Shown piece by piece: positions 48,026 through 58,521 of a stretch of DNA of 64,000 nt (position 1 is its first letter; each line of letters opens with the position of its first letter). The notes below the pieces were generated by a model, which made no database searches, had not been told where the DNA came from, and saw nothing but the letters and a program-made list of their open reading frames with translations. The DNA comes from Minisyncoccota bacterium. Its GTDB lineage: Archaea > Nanobdellota > Nanobdellia > Pacearchaeales > GW2011-AR1. A program made the position numbers and the translations under genes. Where the stretch lies: assembly GCA_035453125.1 (NCBI GenBank), contig DAOTCN010000002.1, positions 72,289-136,288 of the forward strand, given 5' to 3'.

Positions 48026-49432
48026 ATGGAATCAGAAAATCATAAGTTTAAAAGACTAGGTATTAGTGAGCATCTTTTAAAATCAATAGAAGAACATAAA
48101 TTTGAAGAACCTAGTGAAATTCAGGAAAAATCTATACCTTTAGTTGTTGAAGGAAAAGATGTTATAGCTACAGCTTCTACAGGTTCTGGAAAGACACTTG
48201 CTTTTAGTGCAGCAATTGTTAAAAATTGTGAAAAAAAACAAGGATTACAAACTCTTATTTTAACACCTACAAGGGAACTTGCTGAACAAATTACAAGAAC
48301 TGTTGGAAAATTTTCAAAATATAAGGAACTAAAGGTAATTCCTGTTTATGGAGGAGTTTCAATTAATGAACAAATTAGAGAATTAAAATCTGCAGAAGTT
48401 GTTGTTGCAACTCCTGGAAGAATACTTGACCATCTTGAAAGACAAACCATTGATCTTTCAAAAATAAAAATACTTGTTTTAGATGAGGCTGATAGAATGC
48501 TTGATATGGGATTTCAAAAAGATGTTGAAAAAATAATAAGAAACTGTCCGGTAAAAAGACAAACTTTGCTATTTTCTGCAACAATGGCTGTAGAAGTTAT
48601 CGAACTTGCAAATAAATATATGAATAATCCAATTGAGATTAATGCAGAACAGTATGTTGACCCTAGTAAATTAACTCAAGTATATTATGACATAAATGAT
48701 AGGCTAAAATTTTCTTTGTTAAAATATTTACTTGAAAAAGAAAATACTAAACTTGTGATGATATTCTGTAATACTAGAAGAACTGTTGATTTTGTTTCAA
48801 AAAATTTAAAATTTAATGATGTTGAAGTTTTACCAATTCACGGAGGATTTTCACAAAATAAACGAAATCAAATAATGGAAAAATTTCATTCTCAAAAAAT
48901 ACAGATACTTGTTTGTACGGATGTTGCTGCAAGAGGTCTCGATATTCCTGGAGTTTCACATGTTTATAATTATGAAATACCTGCAGATAGTAAAGAATAT
49001 TTACATAGAATAGGAAGAACTGCTAGAGCTGGAAATGAGGGAAAAGTAATAAATTTAATTTCTTCAAGAGATTATGAAAATTTTAGTAGGGTTCTTGAAA
49101 ATAGAGAATTAGGAATAAAAAAAGAAGACACTCCAATGGTTATGCCAATAAGTGTTAAAGTTTCTGAACACACTTCAAGTCATAGCAGATTTAGAAGAAA
49201 TAGCGGACACGATCGAGGTAATAGATGGAAAAGAGATGGAGAGAGTGGTAGAAGTGGTGGTAGAGAAAGAAGTTATAGTGATAGAAGAGAAGATAGAGAA
49301 AGAAGCCATAGAAGTAGAAGTGATGATAGTGGAAGGAGAAGTTATGGAAGAGATGGTAGAAGTGGAAGAGGTTTTGGAAGAGATAATTCTAGTAGAAGAC
49401 ATAGTAGTGGTAGAAGATTTGGTGGAAGATAA
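48026..49432 (+). CDS. DEAD-box RNA helicase with an R/S/G/D-rich C-terminal tail
   Basis: Q motif, ASTGSGKT, PTRELA, DEAD, SAT, ARGLD, HRIGRTAR. Probable ATG at 48026. Confidence 0.96.
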   Translation: MESENHKFKRLGISEHLLKSIEEHKFEEPSEIQEKSIPLVVEGKDVIATASTGSGKTLAFSAAIVKNCEKKQGLQTLILTPTRELAEQITRTVGKFSKYKELKVIPVYGGVSINEQIRELKSAEVVVATPGRILDHLERQTIDLSKIKILVLDEADRMLDMGFQKDVEKIIRNCPVKRQTLLFSATMAVEVIELANKYMNNPIEINAEQYVDPSKLTQVYYDINDRLKFSLLKYLLEKENTKLVMIFCNTRRTVDFVSKNLKFNDVEVLPIHGGFSQNKRNQIMEKFHSQKIQILVCTDVAARGLDIPGVSHVYNYEIPADSKEYLHRIGRTARAGNEGKVINLISSRDYENFSRVLENRELGIKKEDTPMVMPISVKVSEHTSSHSRFRRNSGHDRGNRWKRDGESGRSGGRERSYSDRREDRERSHRSRSDDSGRRSYGRDGRSGRGFGRDNSSRRHSSGRRFGGR

Positions 49433-49447
49433 TAAATTAATAAAGTA

Positions 49448-50386
49448 TTAATCCAACGTCTTGGTAGAATCTATTGTGGCTTCGCCACGCCAGCCATCAG
49501 TGTATGAACTTTTCTTTTTTAGCTCTTTAAATGCTTTAATGTACAAGTAAAGTCTAGCAAAGTATAATTCAATTGTCCACCAAACTTGTTTAACAGATCT
49601 TATCTGTGTGGGAGCAAAAAAAGCACCTTCTTTTATTTCATTAAAAAATGATTTTGTTCGTGGCATGTCTGGAGCAATTTTGCTTAGGTTTTCATGAGCT
49701 TTAATATTTCTAACTTTTTGAGCTAACCAATCTTTCCAGTTGTCTGGATTTTTAACATAAACTTCTATTTGAGGCAGATATTTTATTTTATATCCTTTTT
49801 TCCAAAATAAGTAAGGAATTATACTATCCTCTGATGTTTCCATTGGAAAATCTAAAATAACATTTTTTCTAATTGCAAATAGATATCCAGAACATTCAAA
49901 AAAAGATTTCTTTTCTGAAAGTTTTTTTCTTGTTTTATCAATACCTGCAAATACGACATGCGCCCAGTAACCATACTTTGTATTTCTGTTATCAATTGCA
50001 ACGGGTCTTGCAGTTATGCATCCTATTTCTTTTTCTTTAAATGCATTAATTATTTCAAACAAAGAATTACTTGATGTATAAACATCACCATCTGTTGAAA
50101 TTATTATATCCTCGTTGCTTGAAGAGGCATATTCTTGAAATAATAAATTAAGTGCATAGCTTTTTCCCTCACCAGGGTCAAGGAAAAAAACAAATTCCTT
50201 ATCTTTTATTTGTTTTTTCAGGAATTTTTCAACTTCTGGAAAGGGGTCAACAACAGTTATTCTAAATTTATCTTTTGATTTTGGGTTTTCTTTTTTTATT
50301 TTTTTAATTTGTTCAAGAAAGTTATTCACAGTTCTAAGTGTAGAATTTGGTTCGTTATATGATGTAATTATTATGTCTGTAAACAT
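49448..50386 (-). CDS. GT2 glycosyltransferase
   Basis: IIITSYNE, GKSYALN, STDGD, SEDS. Confidence 0.85.
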   Translation of the reverse strand: MFTDIIITSYNEPNSTLRTVNNFLEQIKKIKKENPKSKDKFRITVVDPFPEVEKFLKKQIKDKEFVFFLDPGEGKSYALNLLFQEYASSSNEDIIISTDGDVYTSSNSLFEIINAFKEKEIGCITARPVAIDNRNTKYGYWAHVVFAGIDKTRKKLSEKKSFFECSGYLFAIRKNVILDFPMETSEDSIIPYLFWKKGYKIKYLPQIEVYVKNPDNWKDWLAQKVRNIKAHENLSKIAPDMPRTKSFFNEIKEGAFFAPTQIRSVKQVWWTIELYFARLYLYIKAFKELKKKSSYTDGWRGEATIDSTKTLD

Positions 50387-50436
50387 TTTGGCTAGTATTT
50401 CTTTGTTTTAATTTATTAGTTTTATTGATTTTATCT

Positions 50437-50631
50437 TTAAGAACAATTAAATGGATATTCTTCTGGACGAATTATCACAACTTTTTCACCATTAGATTTT
50501 GAAGCAACAATCCTGCATTTTTTAGACCCTTGTTTACTAATGTCTGAAAGCTCTACTTCTTCAACTATAAGTGTGTCTGTTCCAATTGAGATTTTATCAC
50601 CTTTTTTAAGTTGTTTAGCTTGTTTTTTCAT
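50437..50631 (-). CDS. Mini aIF5A/EF-P-like protein (N-terminal SH3/KOW domain only)
   Basis: LKKGDKI...SDISKQGSKKCRIV aligns by eye with aIF5A LKVGQYV...SKPGKHGGAKARVV; 64 aa with no OB domain. Confidence 0.6.
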   Translation of the reverse strand: MKKQAKQLKKGDKISIGTDTLIVEEVELSDISKQGSKKCRIVASKSNGEKVVIIRPEEYPFNCS

Positions 50632-50681
50632 GTTTATGAAAGAATAAACAAACTTTTAAAGTTTATTCTAATTGAAAAATC

Positions 50682-51458
50682 ATGGAAAATATTAATAAAA
50701 ATCAAGACAAAAAGTGCAATAAAAGTGCAATAATCCTCTGTTCGGGTGGTTTAGATAGTGTTGTAACTGCTTATTATGTTAAAAAAGAACTAGGTTATGA
50801 TAAAATAAGAATATTATTTTTTAATTATGGCCAAAAAACCTTAAAACAAGAAAGAAAAGCATCAAAAAAATGTGCTTATAAAATTGGGGCTGATTTTAAA
50901 GAAATAAAACTAAAATGGCTTGGGGAAATATCTAACTCATTAATTAACAAAAATAACAACAACCAGATTAAAGAATTAATAAAACAAGATCTAAAAGATA
51001 CAAATGAAGAAAGTCAAAAATATTATGTACCTTGTAGAAATATTTTATTCTTAGTTTATGCTTTAACTTTAGCAGAATCTGAATTTTTTAAGAATAGTGA
51101 AAAAAATGATATTTTTGTTGGTTTTAAGTGTGAAGGAAAAGATAGCTATCCAGATACTACAAAAAAATTTGTTTCTGAAATTAATAAACTATCAAAAATA
51201 AGCTGCATGACTAATTTCAAAATAATTGCGCCATTAATTGAAAAAGACAAAGAGGACATTGTTTTGCTTGGAAAAAGACTTAGTGTTAAAATGGAAGATA
51301 CTTATAGCTGCTATATTGGATCAAAAAGATTAGGTTTAATAGTTAACAATAAACATTGTGGTACATGTTTAGCTTGTAAACTTAGACAGGCCGGATTTTA
51401 TTGGGCAAATGTAGAAGATAAAACCAATTATAAACAAAAAAATGATTTTAAAAAATAG
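50682..51458 (+). CDS. queC: 7-cyano-7-deazaguanine synthase QueC
   Basis: SGGLDS PP-loop, FNYGQ, YVPCRN, YPD, TYSCY...HCGTCLAC zinc site. Confidence 0.88.
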   Translation: MENINKNQDKKCNKSAIILCSGGLDSVVTAYYVKKELGYDKIRILFFNYGQKTLKQERKASKKCAYKIGADFKEIKLKWLGEISNSLINKNNNNQIKELIKQDLKDTNEESQKYYVPCRNILFLVYALTLAESEFFKNSEKNDIFVGFKCEGKDSYPDTTKKFVSEINKLSKISCMTNFKIIAPLIEKDKEDIVLLGKRLSVKMEDTYSCYIGSKRLGLIVNNKHCGTCLACKLRQAGFYWANVEDKTNYKQKNDFKK

Positions 51459-52611
51459 AAATAAGTTTCTTTATTAATTTATCCCAATTAAACTGCTCAA
51501 CGAATATTTTTGCTTGTTCAGCTACTTTATTATTTTTGTCTTTATTTTTTGTTGATAAAACAAGATTTAACTTTTCAGTAAGATCTGAAATGTCTTCATT
51601 TTTAAAAAGATAACCTGTTTTCCCATCTTCAATTAATTCTTTAGAGCCTGAATTATCACTAGAAAGCACTGTTTTTTCTCTAGCCATTGCTTCAATTAAT
51701 GATTGGGGCATTGCTTCACTTTTTGAAGGCAAAACAAATATTTTTGCAGAATCTATTTTTTTAATTTTTGATTTTAAATCATATATTGGATCTGTAAAAA
51801 TAACTCTTCTTTCAAGATTGTTGCTTTTAATGATCTTTATTAAAGTTTGCTTATATGTTTTTTCGGCAGGACCAACTATCTCAAGAATTATTTTCTTATC
51901 TTGTATATTTGATAAAGCCTGAATTAAAATCTCCAAATTTTTAACTGGTGAGATTCTGCCTAAAAAAAGTATCTTATTTTGAGTCTGAGATTTTTTAGAT
52001 AAAAAGAACTCGCTAGGTATGCCATTTGGAATGTAAACAATTTTACTTTTTGTAAGGCCTAATTTTTCTAAGTGATTATCTTCTCCTTTTGTAATAGTTA
52101 TAACTTTGTCAAATTTATTCAATAATCTCAGACCGATAAAATAGTCATAAAAATTAACAACTAACTTTTCAAAAAAAGACCTAGTTATATTATTCTCAAT
52201 AAATGGTGAATGAGTAACTAAAAAACATTTGGTATTTTGATTGGTTTTCTTAAGTTTATTAGCTAGTTTAACTGCTTTATGAGTATGTGGATGTCTATAT
52301 GAATGAGCAATAATTATATCTGGATTAAATTCAGTTGCCTTTTTTTCAGTTTCTTTATTAAACCAACTCATAAAACTCTCTCCTCCTAGTTTTTTTGATT
52401 TAAATCGGGTTATACTTATTCCCTGAAAAAGCTCAGTTTCTGGAGCTAGTTTATCTATGCCTTTAACAAGATTAGAAGAAAATATTTTAACTTCATAACC
52501 TAGTTTTTTAAGCTCCATACTTTCATTTAAAACTCTTGTAAAAACACCACAAGAACCTGCTGAAAAGTTTGTTAATTCTAATATTTTAAGTTTTTTGGGT
52601 AAGTTATTCAT
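51448..52611 (-). CDS. GT4 glycosyltransferase
   Basis: IPNGI, LGRISPVKN, SEAMPQSLIEAMA. Confidence 0.9.
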   Translation of the reverse strand: MNNLPKKLKILELTNFSAGSCGVFTRVLNESMELKKLGYEVKIFSSNLVKGIDKLAPETELFQGISITRFKSKKLGGESFMSWFNKETEKKATEFNPDIIIAHSYRHPHTHKAVKLANKLKKTNQNTKCFLVTHSPFIENNITRSFFEKLVVNFYDYFIGLRLLNKFDKVITITKGEDNHLEKLGLTKSKIVYIPNGIPSEFFLSKKSQTQNKILFLGRISPVKNLEILIQALSNIQDKKIILEIVGPAEKTYKQTLIKIIKSNNLERRVIFTDPIYDLKSKIKKIDSAKIFVLPSKSEAMPQSLIEAMAREKTVLSSDNSGSKELIEDGKTGYLFKNEDISDLTEKLNLVLSTKNKDKNNKVAEQAKIFVEQFNWDKLIKKLISIF

Positions 52612-52696
52612 AATATTTTAATGTCTAAAATGTTTAAATAGTTTAAGTATTATTTTTTAATACTCCTGCATAATTAATAAATATAATTAGTATAAA

Positions 52697-53542
52697 ATGA
52701 ACAATATTGAAGTGTCAGTTATTATACCTGCATATAATGAAGAAAATTATATTGGAAAATGTTTAGAATCCCTAAAAAAACAGAGTTATAAAAATTTTGA
52801 AATTATAGTAGTTGACGATGGTTCAACAGACAAAACAAAAGAGATAATAAAGAAATTTAAAAAAGTAAGAATACTCAGCGGAGAGCATAAAGGACCAGGT
52901 TATTCAAGAAATATTGGAGCAAAAAATGCCTTTGGAAAGATTCTAGTATTCATAGACTCTGATATGTATTTTGATAAAAATTACCTAATAAATTTAATAA
53001 AACCTATTAAAGAAAATAAAGATATTATAGGCACGACGCATGATTATGAAGTTGCAGTAAATGTGAATAATTTTTATAGCTTACTCTGGGGAAAACTAAG
53101 AGTTACAAAGGAGAATGCAAAGGAAGTAAAAATATTTAGAGCAATAAAAAAAGAAAAATTCTTTGAGTTTGGAGAATTTGATCAAAAATATGGCTATGCT
53201 GACGACCAAACTTTTTGGTTTAAATATAAAATAAAGCCAATAGTTGCAAAAGATACTATTTGTTACCATAAGAATCCTGAAACATTAAAAGAAACATACA
53301 AACAAGCTAAATGGATTGGAGCTTCTTGGAAAGAAAGATTTATTATTTTTAAAATGCCAGTAATAAAATTTATCTTACCTCTAATTTTAATTTTATTTGT
53401 ACCCTTACTTGCTTTGATTAAATCATTGAAAAGTAAAGAAAGTATACCTTATTTTGTAAAACTAAAATTTTATTTGGTTAAATTTATAGGTTATTTGATT
53501 GGCACTTTAAAAGCAATATATAAAAATAATGTTGTAAGATAG
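52697..53542 (+). CDS. GT2 glycosyltransferase
   Basis: SVIIPAYNEE, VDDGSTD, RNIGA, FIDSD. Confidence 0.92.
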   Translation: MNNIEVSVIIPAYNEENYIGKCLESLKKQSYKNFEIIVVDDGSTDKTKEIIKKFKKVRILSGEHKGPGYSRNIGAKNAFGKILVFIDSDMYFDKNYLINLIKPIKENKDIIGTTHDYEVAVNVNNFYSLLWGKLRVTKENAKEVKIFRAIKKEKFFEFGEFDQKYGYADDQTFWFKYKIKPIVAKDTICYHKNPETLKETYKQAKWIGASWKERFIIFKMPVIKFILPLILILFVPLLALIKSLKSKESIPYFVKLKFYLVKFIGYLIGTLKAIYKNNVVR

Positions 53543-53608
53543 TAGTTACAAAATTATAAAAAAATAAGTATAACAATGCTTAAAAGTGAGTTTTTATAGT
53601 TTAATTTT

Positions 53609-55351
53609 ATGTATGTTTTAGGATTAAACATAGGCCATAATTCGACCGCATGTTTGTTAAAAGATGGTAAAATAATAGGTTGTATAAGTGAAGAAAGATT
53701 TAGTAGAATAAAAAATTATTATGGAATTCCGATTAAATCGATCCAATTCTTACTAAACGATAATGGTATCTCTATAGATAAATTAGACTTTATTGTTTTA
53801 GATAACCATTATATTGATAAAGAAAAAGAAAATTTTACTAAAAGCTTTATTGAAGCTTATACAGATAAGAGTAAAAAAAAGAAGATTTTATCCAAGTTAG
53901 GATATAAATTTCCTAAATTATTCAATAGTTATTTGAATAGAAAAGAAAGCTTAAAAAATTTAAAGAAAAGAGAGGAAAAAATAAGAATACAAATATCTAC
54001 AAAATTAGATTATCCTATTGAAAAAATATTAGTTATTGATCATCATTTAACACATACCCTTTCATGTTTGTTTAATTTAACTTATGAAAAAAATAAAAAT
54101 TGGTTAATATTCACACTTGATGGTGAGGGCAGTGGTATTTGTGCAAGTGTTAGTACTTATAATGGACATAAATTAAAAATAATATCCAAATCAAAAAAAA
54201 CAGCATCTCTTGGCTATTTATACGCCTTAACTACTCTTTATTTAGGTATGAAACCATTAGAACATGAATTTAAGGTAATGGGTTTAGCACCTTATGCAAA
54301 AAAAGACAAAATTAATGAACTCTACCCTAAATTAAAAGATCTTTTCTGGTTCGATGATTTAGAATTTAAGTCTAAATTTAATATGGTCTTTTCAGACTAT
54401 TTCTTAGAAACTATAAAATTTTATAGATTTGATAATATTGCTGCTTCTGTTCAAAAACTTACTGAAGAGCTTATCTGTGAATGGATAAATAATGCAATCA
54501 AAAAAACAGGTATTTGTAATATTGCTTTATCTGGAGGAGTTTTTATGAATGTCAAGGCAAATAAAAAAGCTTCTGAAATACCTGAAGTTAAAGATATTTT
54601 TATAATGCCGAGTTCGGGAGATGAATCTAATGCTATTGGTGCTTGTCTATATGGATATAAAGAATACTGTGAAAGGAATAACATTAAATTTGAACCTAAA
54701 CCAATTAAAAATTTGTATCTTGGTCCTGTTTATGATAACAGTTATATTGAAGATTTAATTAAAAGAGAAGAGTTAATAAAAAAGTATAAAATAAAAAAGT
54801 ATAAAAATATAAATAAAGAGGTTGCAAAACTACTTGCTAAAGGAGAAATTATTGCAAGATGTTCTGGAAAAAGTGAATGGGGTGCTAGAGCTTTGGGGAA
54901 CAGAAGCATATTATCTAGTGCTAAAAATCATGAAACAATAAAGATATTAAATGAAACAATTAAAGATAGGGACTTCTGGATGCCATTTACTCCAAGTATA
55001 CTTGATAAATATTCAAAGAGATACATTGTTAATCCAAAAAAAATATTCTCACCTTATATGGTAATAACTTTTGATTCTACAAAAAAAGCTAGAGAAGAAA
55101 TACCTGCAGCAATGCACCCTTATGATCAGACAGTAAGACCTCAAGTTGTAACTAAGGATTATAACAAAGATTATTATGAGATAATTGAAGAATTTAGCAA
55201 ATTAACCGGTATAGGGGGTATATTAAACACTTCATTCAATATTCATGGTGAACCTAATGTTTTAACTCCTGAAGATGCACTTTATACAGTCGAAAAATCT
55301 GATTTAAAATTTTTAGTAATGGAAAATTACTTATTTGAAAAAATTAGTTAA
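53609..55351 (+). CDS. O-carbamoyltransferase (NodU/CmcH family)
   Basis: GHNSTA, EERFSRIK, HHLTH, DGEG, KVMGLAPY, GGVFMN, EWGARALGNRS, LNTSFNIHGEP. Confidence 0.93.
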   Translation: MYVLGLNIGHNSTACLLKDGKIIGCISEERFSRIKNYYGIPIKSIQFLLNDNGISIDKLDFIVLDNHYIDKEKENFTKSFIEAYTDKSKKKKILSKLGYKFPKLFNSYLNRKESLKNLKKREEKIRIQISTKLDYPIEKILVIDHHLTHTLSCLFNLTYEKNKNWLIFTLDGEGSGICASVSTYNGHKLKIISKSKKTASLGYLYALTTLYLGMKPLEHEFKVMGLAPYAKKDKINELYPKLKDLFWFDDLEFKSKFNMVFSDYFLETIKFYRFDNIAASVQKLTEELICEWINNAIKKTGICNIALSGGVFMNVKANKKASEIPEVKDIFIMPSSGDESNAIGACLYGYKEYCERNNIKFEPKPIKNLYLGPVYDNSYIEDLIKREELIKKYKIKKYKNINKEVAKLLAKGEIIARCSGKSEWGARALGNRSILSSAKNHETIKILNETIKDRDFWMPFTPSILDKYSKRYIVNPKKIFSPYMVITFDSTKKAREEIPAAMHPYDQTVRPQVVTKDYNKDYYEIIEEFSKLTGIGGILNTSFNIHGEPNVLTPEDALYTVEKSDLKFLVMENYLFEKIS

Positions 55352-56522
55352 ATAATTTAATATCTTTAGTTAAATTAGTCTTTTGAATAATTTCTCTAGC
55401 AATTTCTTCGCTAAAATTTGCATTAAAATGACCGTAGTCTATATAAAAATTTTCAGTTCTTCCAGCTTGAATATCTCCTAACCATATTATATTTTCGCTT
55501 TTGTAAATTTTTGAAATATCAGTATAAAACTGAATAGTCTTATTCCAACCAATATGGCTGAATGACTCTATGCCTCTTTTACATAAAAAATGACTTGAAC
55601 AGCTATAATTGTACGCTGGAAGAGGATGAATTACAAAATAAGTAGTTATATTATAACTTTTAGCTACTTCTGAAATAAATTTTTTATTTTCCAAGTATCT
55701 ATAGAGTATCTTTGTTGAATTTTCTTCAACAAGTGAAGACATATTTTTGTTGAATTTATTAATCAAATAGTTTAAATCTTCAGTTATTGGAAGATCAGAA
55801 ATTAAGTAGCTAATTTTTCCATTTCCTAACATAAAAATACTCATTCTCTGATTATTCCTAACTTCTTTTATATGTTCGTTTAATCCATCTATAAAAATTA
55901 CTACATTGGGTCTCTGATTTTCTTCTAAAAGAAGTAATGTAAAAAGTTCTCTTTCTTGACTACTATAATAAAATGGTCTACCAAAGTTATAAATACAAAT
56001 TTTAGAGGTTTTATTAATTGATGATTCTTTTCTTAAAATCTCTTGTATCTTAGAGGCAATTGTTTCATTGTCAATTACTCCAGATCCAAATGTTGTAGAT
56101 CCTCCAAGAATGAAAAGGTTATATGTTTGATTACTTGGAGGATATGAACACTGATCTTTAATAAATCTAAAACCTTCTTTGTCTACATGAATAAATGTTC
56201 CGTTGAACTCACCAACTTTAAAACCTGTGAAGGGTTCATAAACATGAAATATTTTTTTATGTGTTTCTAAAATTAAAGAACGACTATCTTCTAATGACAT
56301 GTGAGGATATATTTCAGATATTATCTCATCACTAAATGTTAATTCTCCTACAACAAACATTTGCCTTAAAACAGGATTTACAAAATAAAGTATTAAATTA
56401 ATCAACAAAAAAAGGATTATAGTATTAAGCAAAATTATTGAAATTGTAACATAAATTTTTCTTGCTGATTTAATTTTACTTCTTTTAAAATTTTCACTAT
56501 TAGACTCATCAATAACTTCCAT
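55344..56522 (-). CDS. Membrane-anchored SGNH/GDSL hydrolase-like protein
   Basis: N-terminal TM; LGGSTTFG (Ser), NFG, DGLNE, DYGH (DxxH). Confidence 0.75.
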   Translation of the reverse strand: MEVIDESNSENFKRSKIKSARKIYVTISIILLNTIILFLLINLILYFVNPVLRQMFVVGELTFSDEIISEIYPHMSLEDSRSLILETHKKIFHVYEPFTGFKVGEFNGTFIHVDKEGFRFIKDQCSYPPSNQTYNLFILGGSTTFGSGVIDNETIASKIQEILRKESSINKTSKICIYNFGRPFYYSSQERELFTLLLLEENQRPNVVIFIDGLNEHIKEVRNNQRMSIFMLGNGKISYLISDLPITEDLNYLINKFNKNMSSLVEENSTKILYRYLENKKFISEVAKSYNITTYFVIHPLPAYNYSCSSHFLCKRGIESFSHIGWNKTIQFYTDISKIYKSENIIWLGDIQAGRTENFYIDYGHFNANFSEEIAREIIQKTNLTKDIKLFN

Positions 56523-56566
56523 TAAAACTAAAAAAATAATTAGTTTATAAAGATAATTATAGAATT

Positions 56567-56728
56567 TTAAAATAAAGAATAAATAAATGGTGAAAGATAG
56601 CTACTTTGACCAGCAACAATAAGTACACCAACTAGTAACAACAATATAATTATAGGTATTAACCACCAAGATTTTCTTGCCCAAATAAACTGCCAAGTTT
56701 GATATAATAAACTACTATTTTTATCCAT
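56567..56728 (-). CDS. SxtK/DUF5989-like small membrane protein (53 aa, missed by the ORF track)
   Basis: MDKNSSLLYQTWQFIWARKSWWLIPIIILLLLVGVLIVAGQSSYLSPFIYSLF; the RK.WW..P...PFIY.LF pattern directly follows a carbamoyltransferase. Confidence 0.8.
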   Translation of the reverse strand: MDKNSSLLYQTWQFIWARKSWWLIPIIILLLLVGVLIVAGQSSYLSPFIYSLF

Positions 56729-56762
56729 AAAATCAGTTATAAACTGTCATTTAAATATTTTA

Positions 56763-58520
56763 CTAATCGTTTGCAAGTATTTCACTATCCCAAGCATCTT
56801 TAATATTATCTTCTCTACTAACTAAAAAATTACCAATAACTAAGTAGTCAATACCAGTACCCATCATACATTTATAAGCATCATAGGGTGTACATACTAT
56901 TGGCTCACCACGAATATTAAAAGAGGTATTTATTAACATTGGAACTTTTGAAAGTTTGCCAAATCTTTTTATTAAATCATAATAATTTTTATTTTGATAT
57001 CTGCTAACTGTTTGTAACCTACCACTACCATCTACATGAGTAACTGCAGGAATAATTTTATGAAACTTTTTTTTAATAGGGTATACCATTAACATAAAAT
57101 CAGCTATCTCTGGAAGAGGTTTATCGCAATTAAAATACTTTAATGCATCATCTGAACAAACTACTGGAGCAAACGGTCTAAACTTTTCTCTATGTTTTAC
57201 TTTTAAGTTTAATATCTCTTGCATCTTAGGATTACAAGGATTAGATAAAATACTCCTATTTCCTAAAGCTCTTGGTCCCCATTCCATTTTACCTTGAAAC
57301 CAACCAATAACCTTATCATGGAATATTAAATCTGCTGTTGTTTTAATTAAATCTTCATTATTTTTAAATTCCTTAAAAATGATGTTATTGCTAATCAAAA
57401 AATCTTTAATATTTTCATTTGAAAACTCAGGACCTATAAAAGCACTATCAAATATAAAATTACGTTTATTAGACAAAAGAGTATGGTAAATATATGATGC
57501 TGCACCAATACTTGTTCCGCCATCTCCTGGATCGGGTTGAATCCAAATTCTCTTAAATTTAGTTTTTTTTAATAATTTTCCGTTACAAACACTATTTAAT
57601 GCTACACCACCACATAATACTAGATTATCACATTTTGTTTCATTATAAAGATTATTTAAAATTTTAATAATAACTTCTTCTAAAATCATCTGTAATGCAG
57701 CTGCAATATCTTTATGTCTTTGAGTTACCTCTTCATTTTTTTTACGAATTGGTCCGTCTAAAAGAGAAATTATTTTTTTTGAGGGCATACGATCTTTATA
57801 ATGATATGTGAAATAACTCATATCTAATCTATAACTACCATCTTCTTTAATTTCTATAATTTTTTTAATTTTTGAGTAATAGGGGTTTTTTTCCTTATCC
57901 ATATTACCATATGGACTTAAGCCCATTACTTTATACTCTGAATTATTAACTGAAAAACCTAAATAAGCAGTTAATGTTGAATAGAGTAAGCCGAGTGAGT
58001 GTGGAAACTTTATTTCACTAAACAACTTTATTTCATTATTTTCAGCAATACCTTTAGCAGTTGTTGTCCATTCACCAACCCCATCAACAGTTAATATTGC
58101 TGCTTTATCAAAAGGACTTATCAAAAAAGATGCCGCATGAGCTAAATGATGTTCTATAAAAAGAACTTCTTTTTTGTATTTTAACTTTTTTCTTATAATT
58201 TTTATTATTCTTAATTTTTCATTTAACCAAGAGGGTATTGATCCAATAAATGTTTTATAACTTCTTGGAAACATTTGTAAATGTTGAAATAATCCTCTTT
58301 CAAATTTAATAAATGGCTTTTCATAAAAGCCAATATAATCTATATCATCTATAGATATATTCTGACTTTCTAAGCAAAATTTTATTGAGTTAATTGGAAA
58401 TGAAAAATCATGTTTTTTACGAGTAAATCTTTCCTCCTGAGCTGCTGCTATAATCACTCCGTCTTTTAAAAGTGCTGCTGATGAATCATGATAATAACAA
58501 CTTATACCTAAAATGTACAT
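56763..58520 (-). CDS. O-carbamoyltransferase (NodU/CmcH/SxtI family)
   Basis: YHDSSAAL, QEERFTRKKHD, EHHLAHA, DGVGE, EYKVMGL, EWGPRALGNRS, NTSFNIRGEP. Confidence 0.94.
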   Translation of the reverse strand: MYILGISCYYHDSSAALLKDGVIIAAAQEERFTRKKHDFSFPINSIKFCLESQNISIDDIDYIGFYEKPFIKFERGLFQHLQMFPRSYKTFIGSIPSWLNEKLRIIKIIRKKLKYKKEVLFIEHHLAHAASFLISPFDKAAILTVDGVGEWTTTAKGIAENNEIKLFSEIKFPHSLGLLYSTLTAYLGFSVNNSEYKVMGLSPYGNMDKEKNPYYSKIKKIIEIKEDGSYRLDMSYFTYHYKDRMPSKKIISLLDGPIRKKNEEVTQRHKDIAAALQMILEEVIIKILNNLYNETKCDNLVLCGGVALNSVCNGKLLKKTKFKRIWIQPDPGDGGTSIGAASYIYHTLLSNKRNFIFDSAFIGPEFSNENIKDFLISNNIIFKEFKNNEDLIKTTADLIFHDKVIGWFQGKMEWGPRALGNRSILSNPCNPKMQEILNLKVKHREKFRPFAPVVCSDDALKYFNCDKPLPEIADFMLMVYPIKKKFHKIIPAVTHVDGSGRLQTVSRYQNKNYYDLIKRFGKLSKVPMLINTSFNIRGEPIVCTPYDAYKCMMGTGIDYLVIGNFLVSREDNIKDAWDSEILAND

Positions 58521-58521
58521 C

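Noticed and set aside
49152-49451. Alternative-frame E/V-rich ORFs (49152-49451 +, 49175-49402 -)
   Set aside because: By-products of the purine-rich low-complexity R/S/G/D tail of the DEAD-box helicase.
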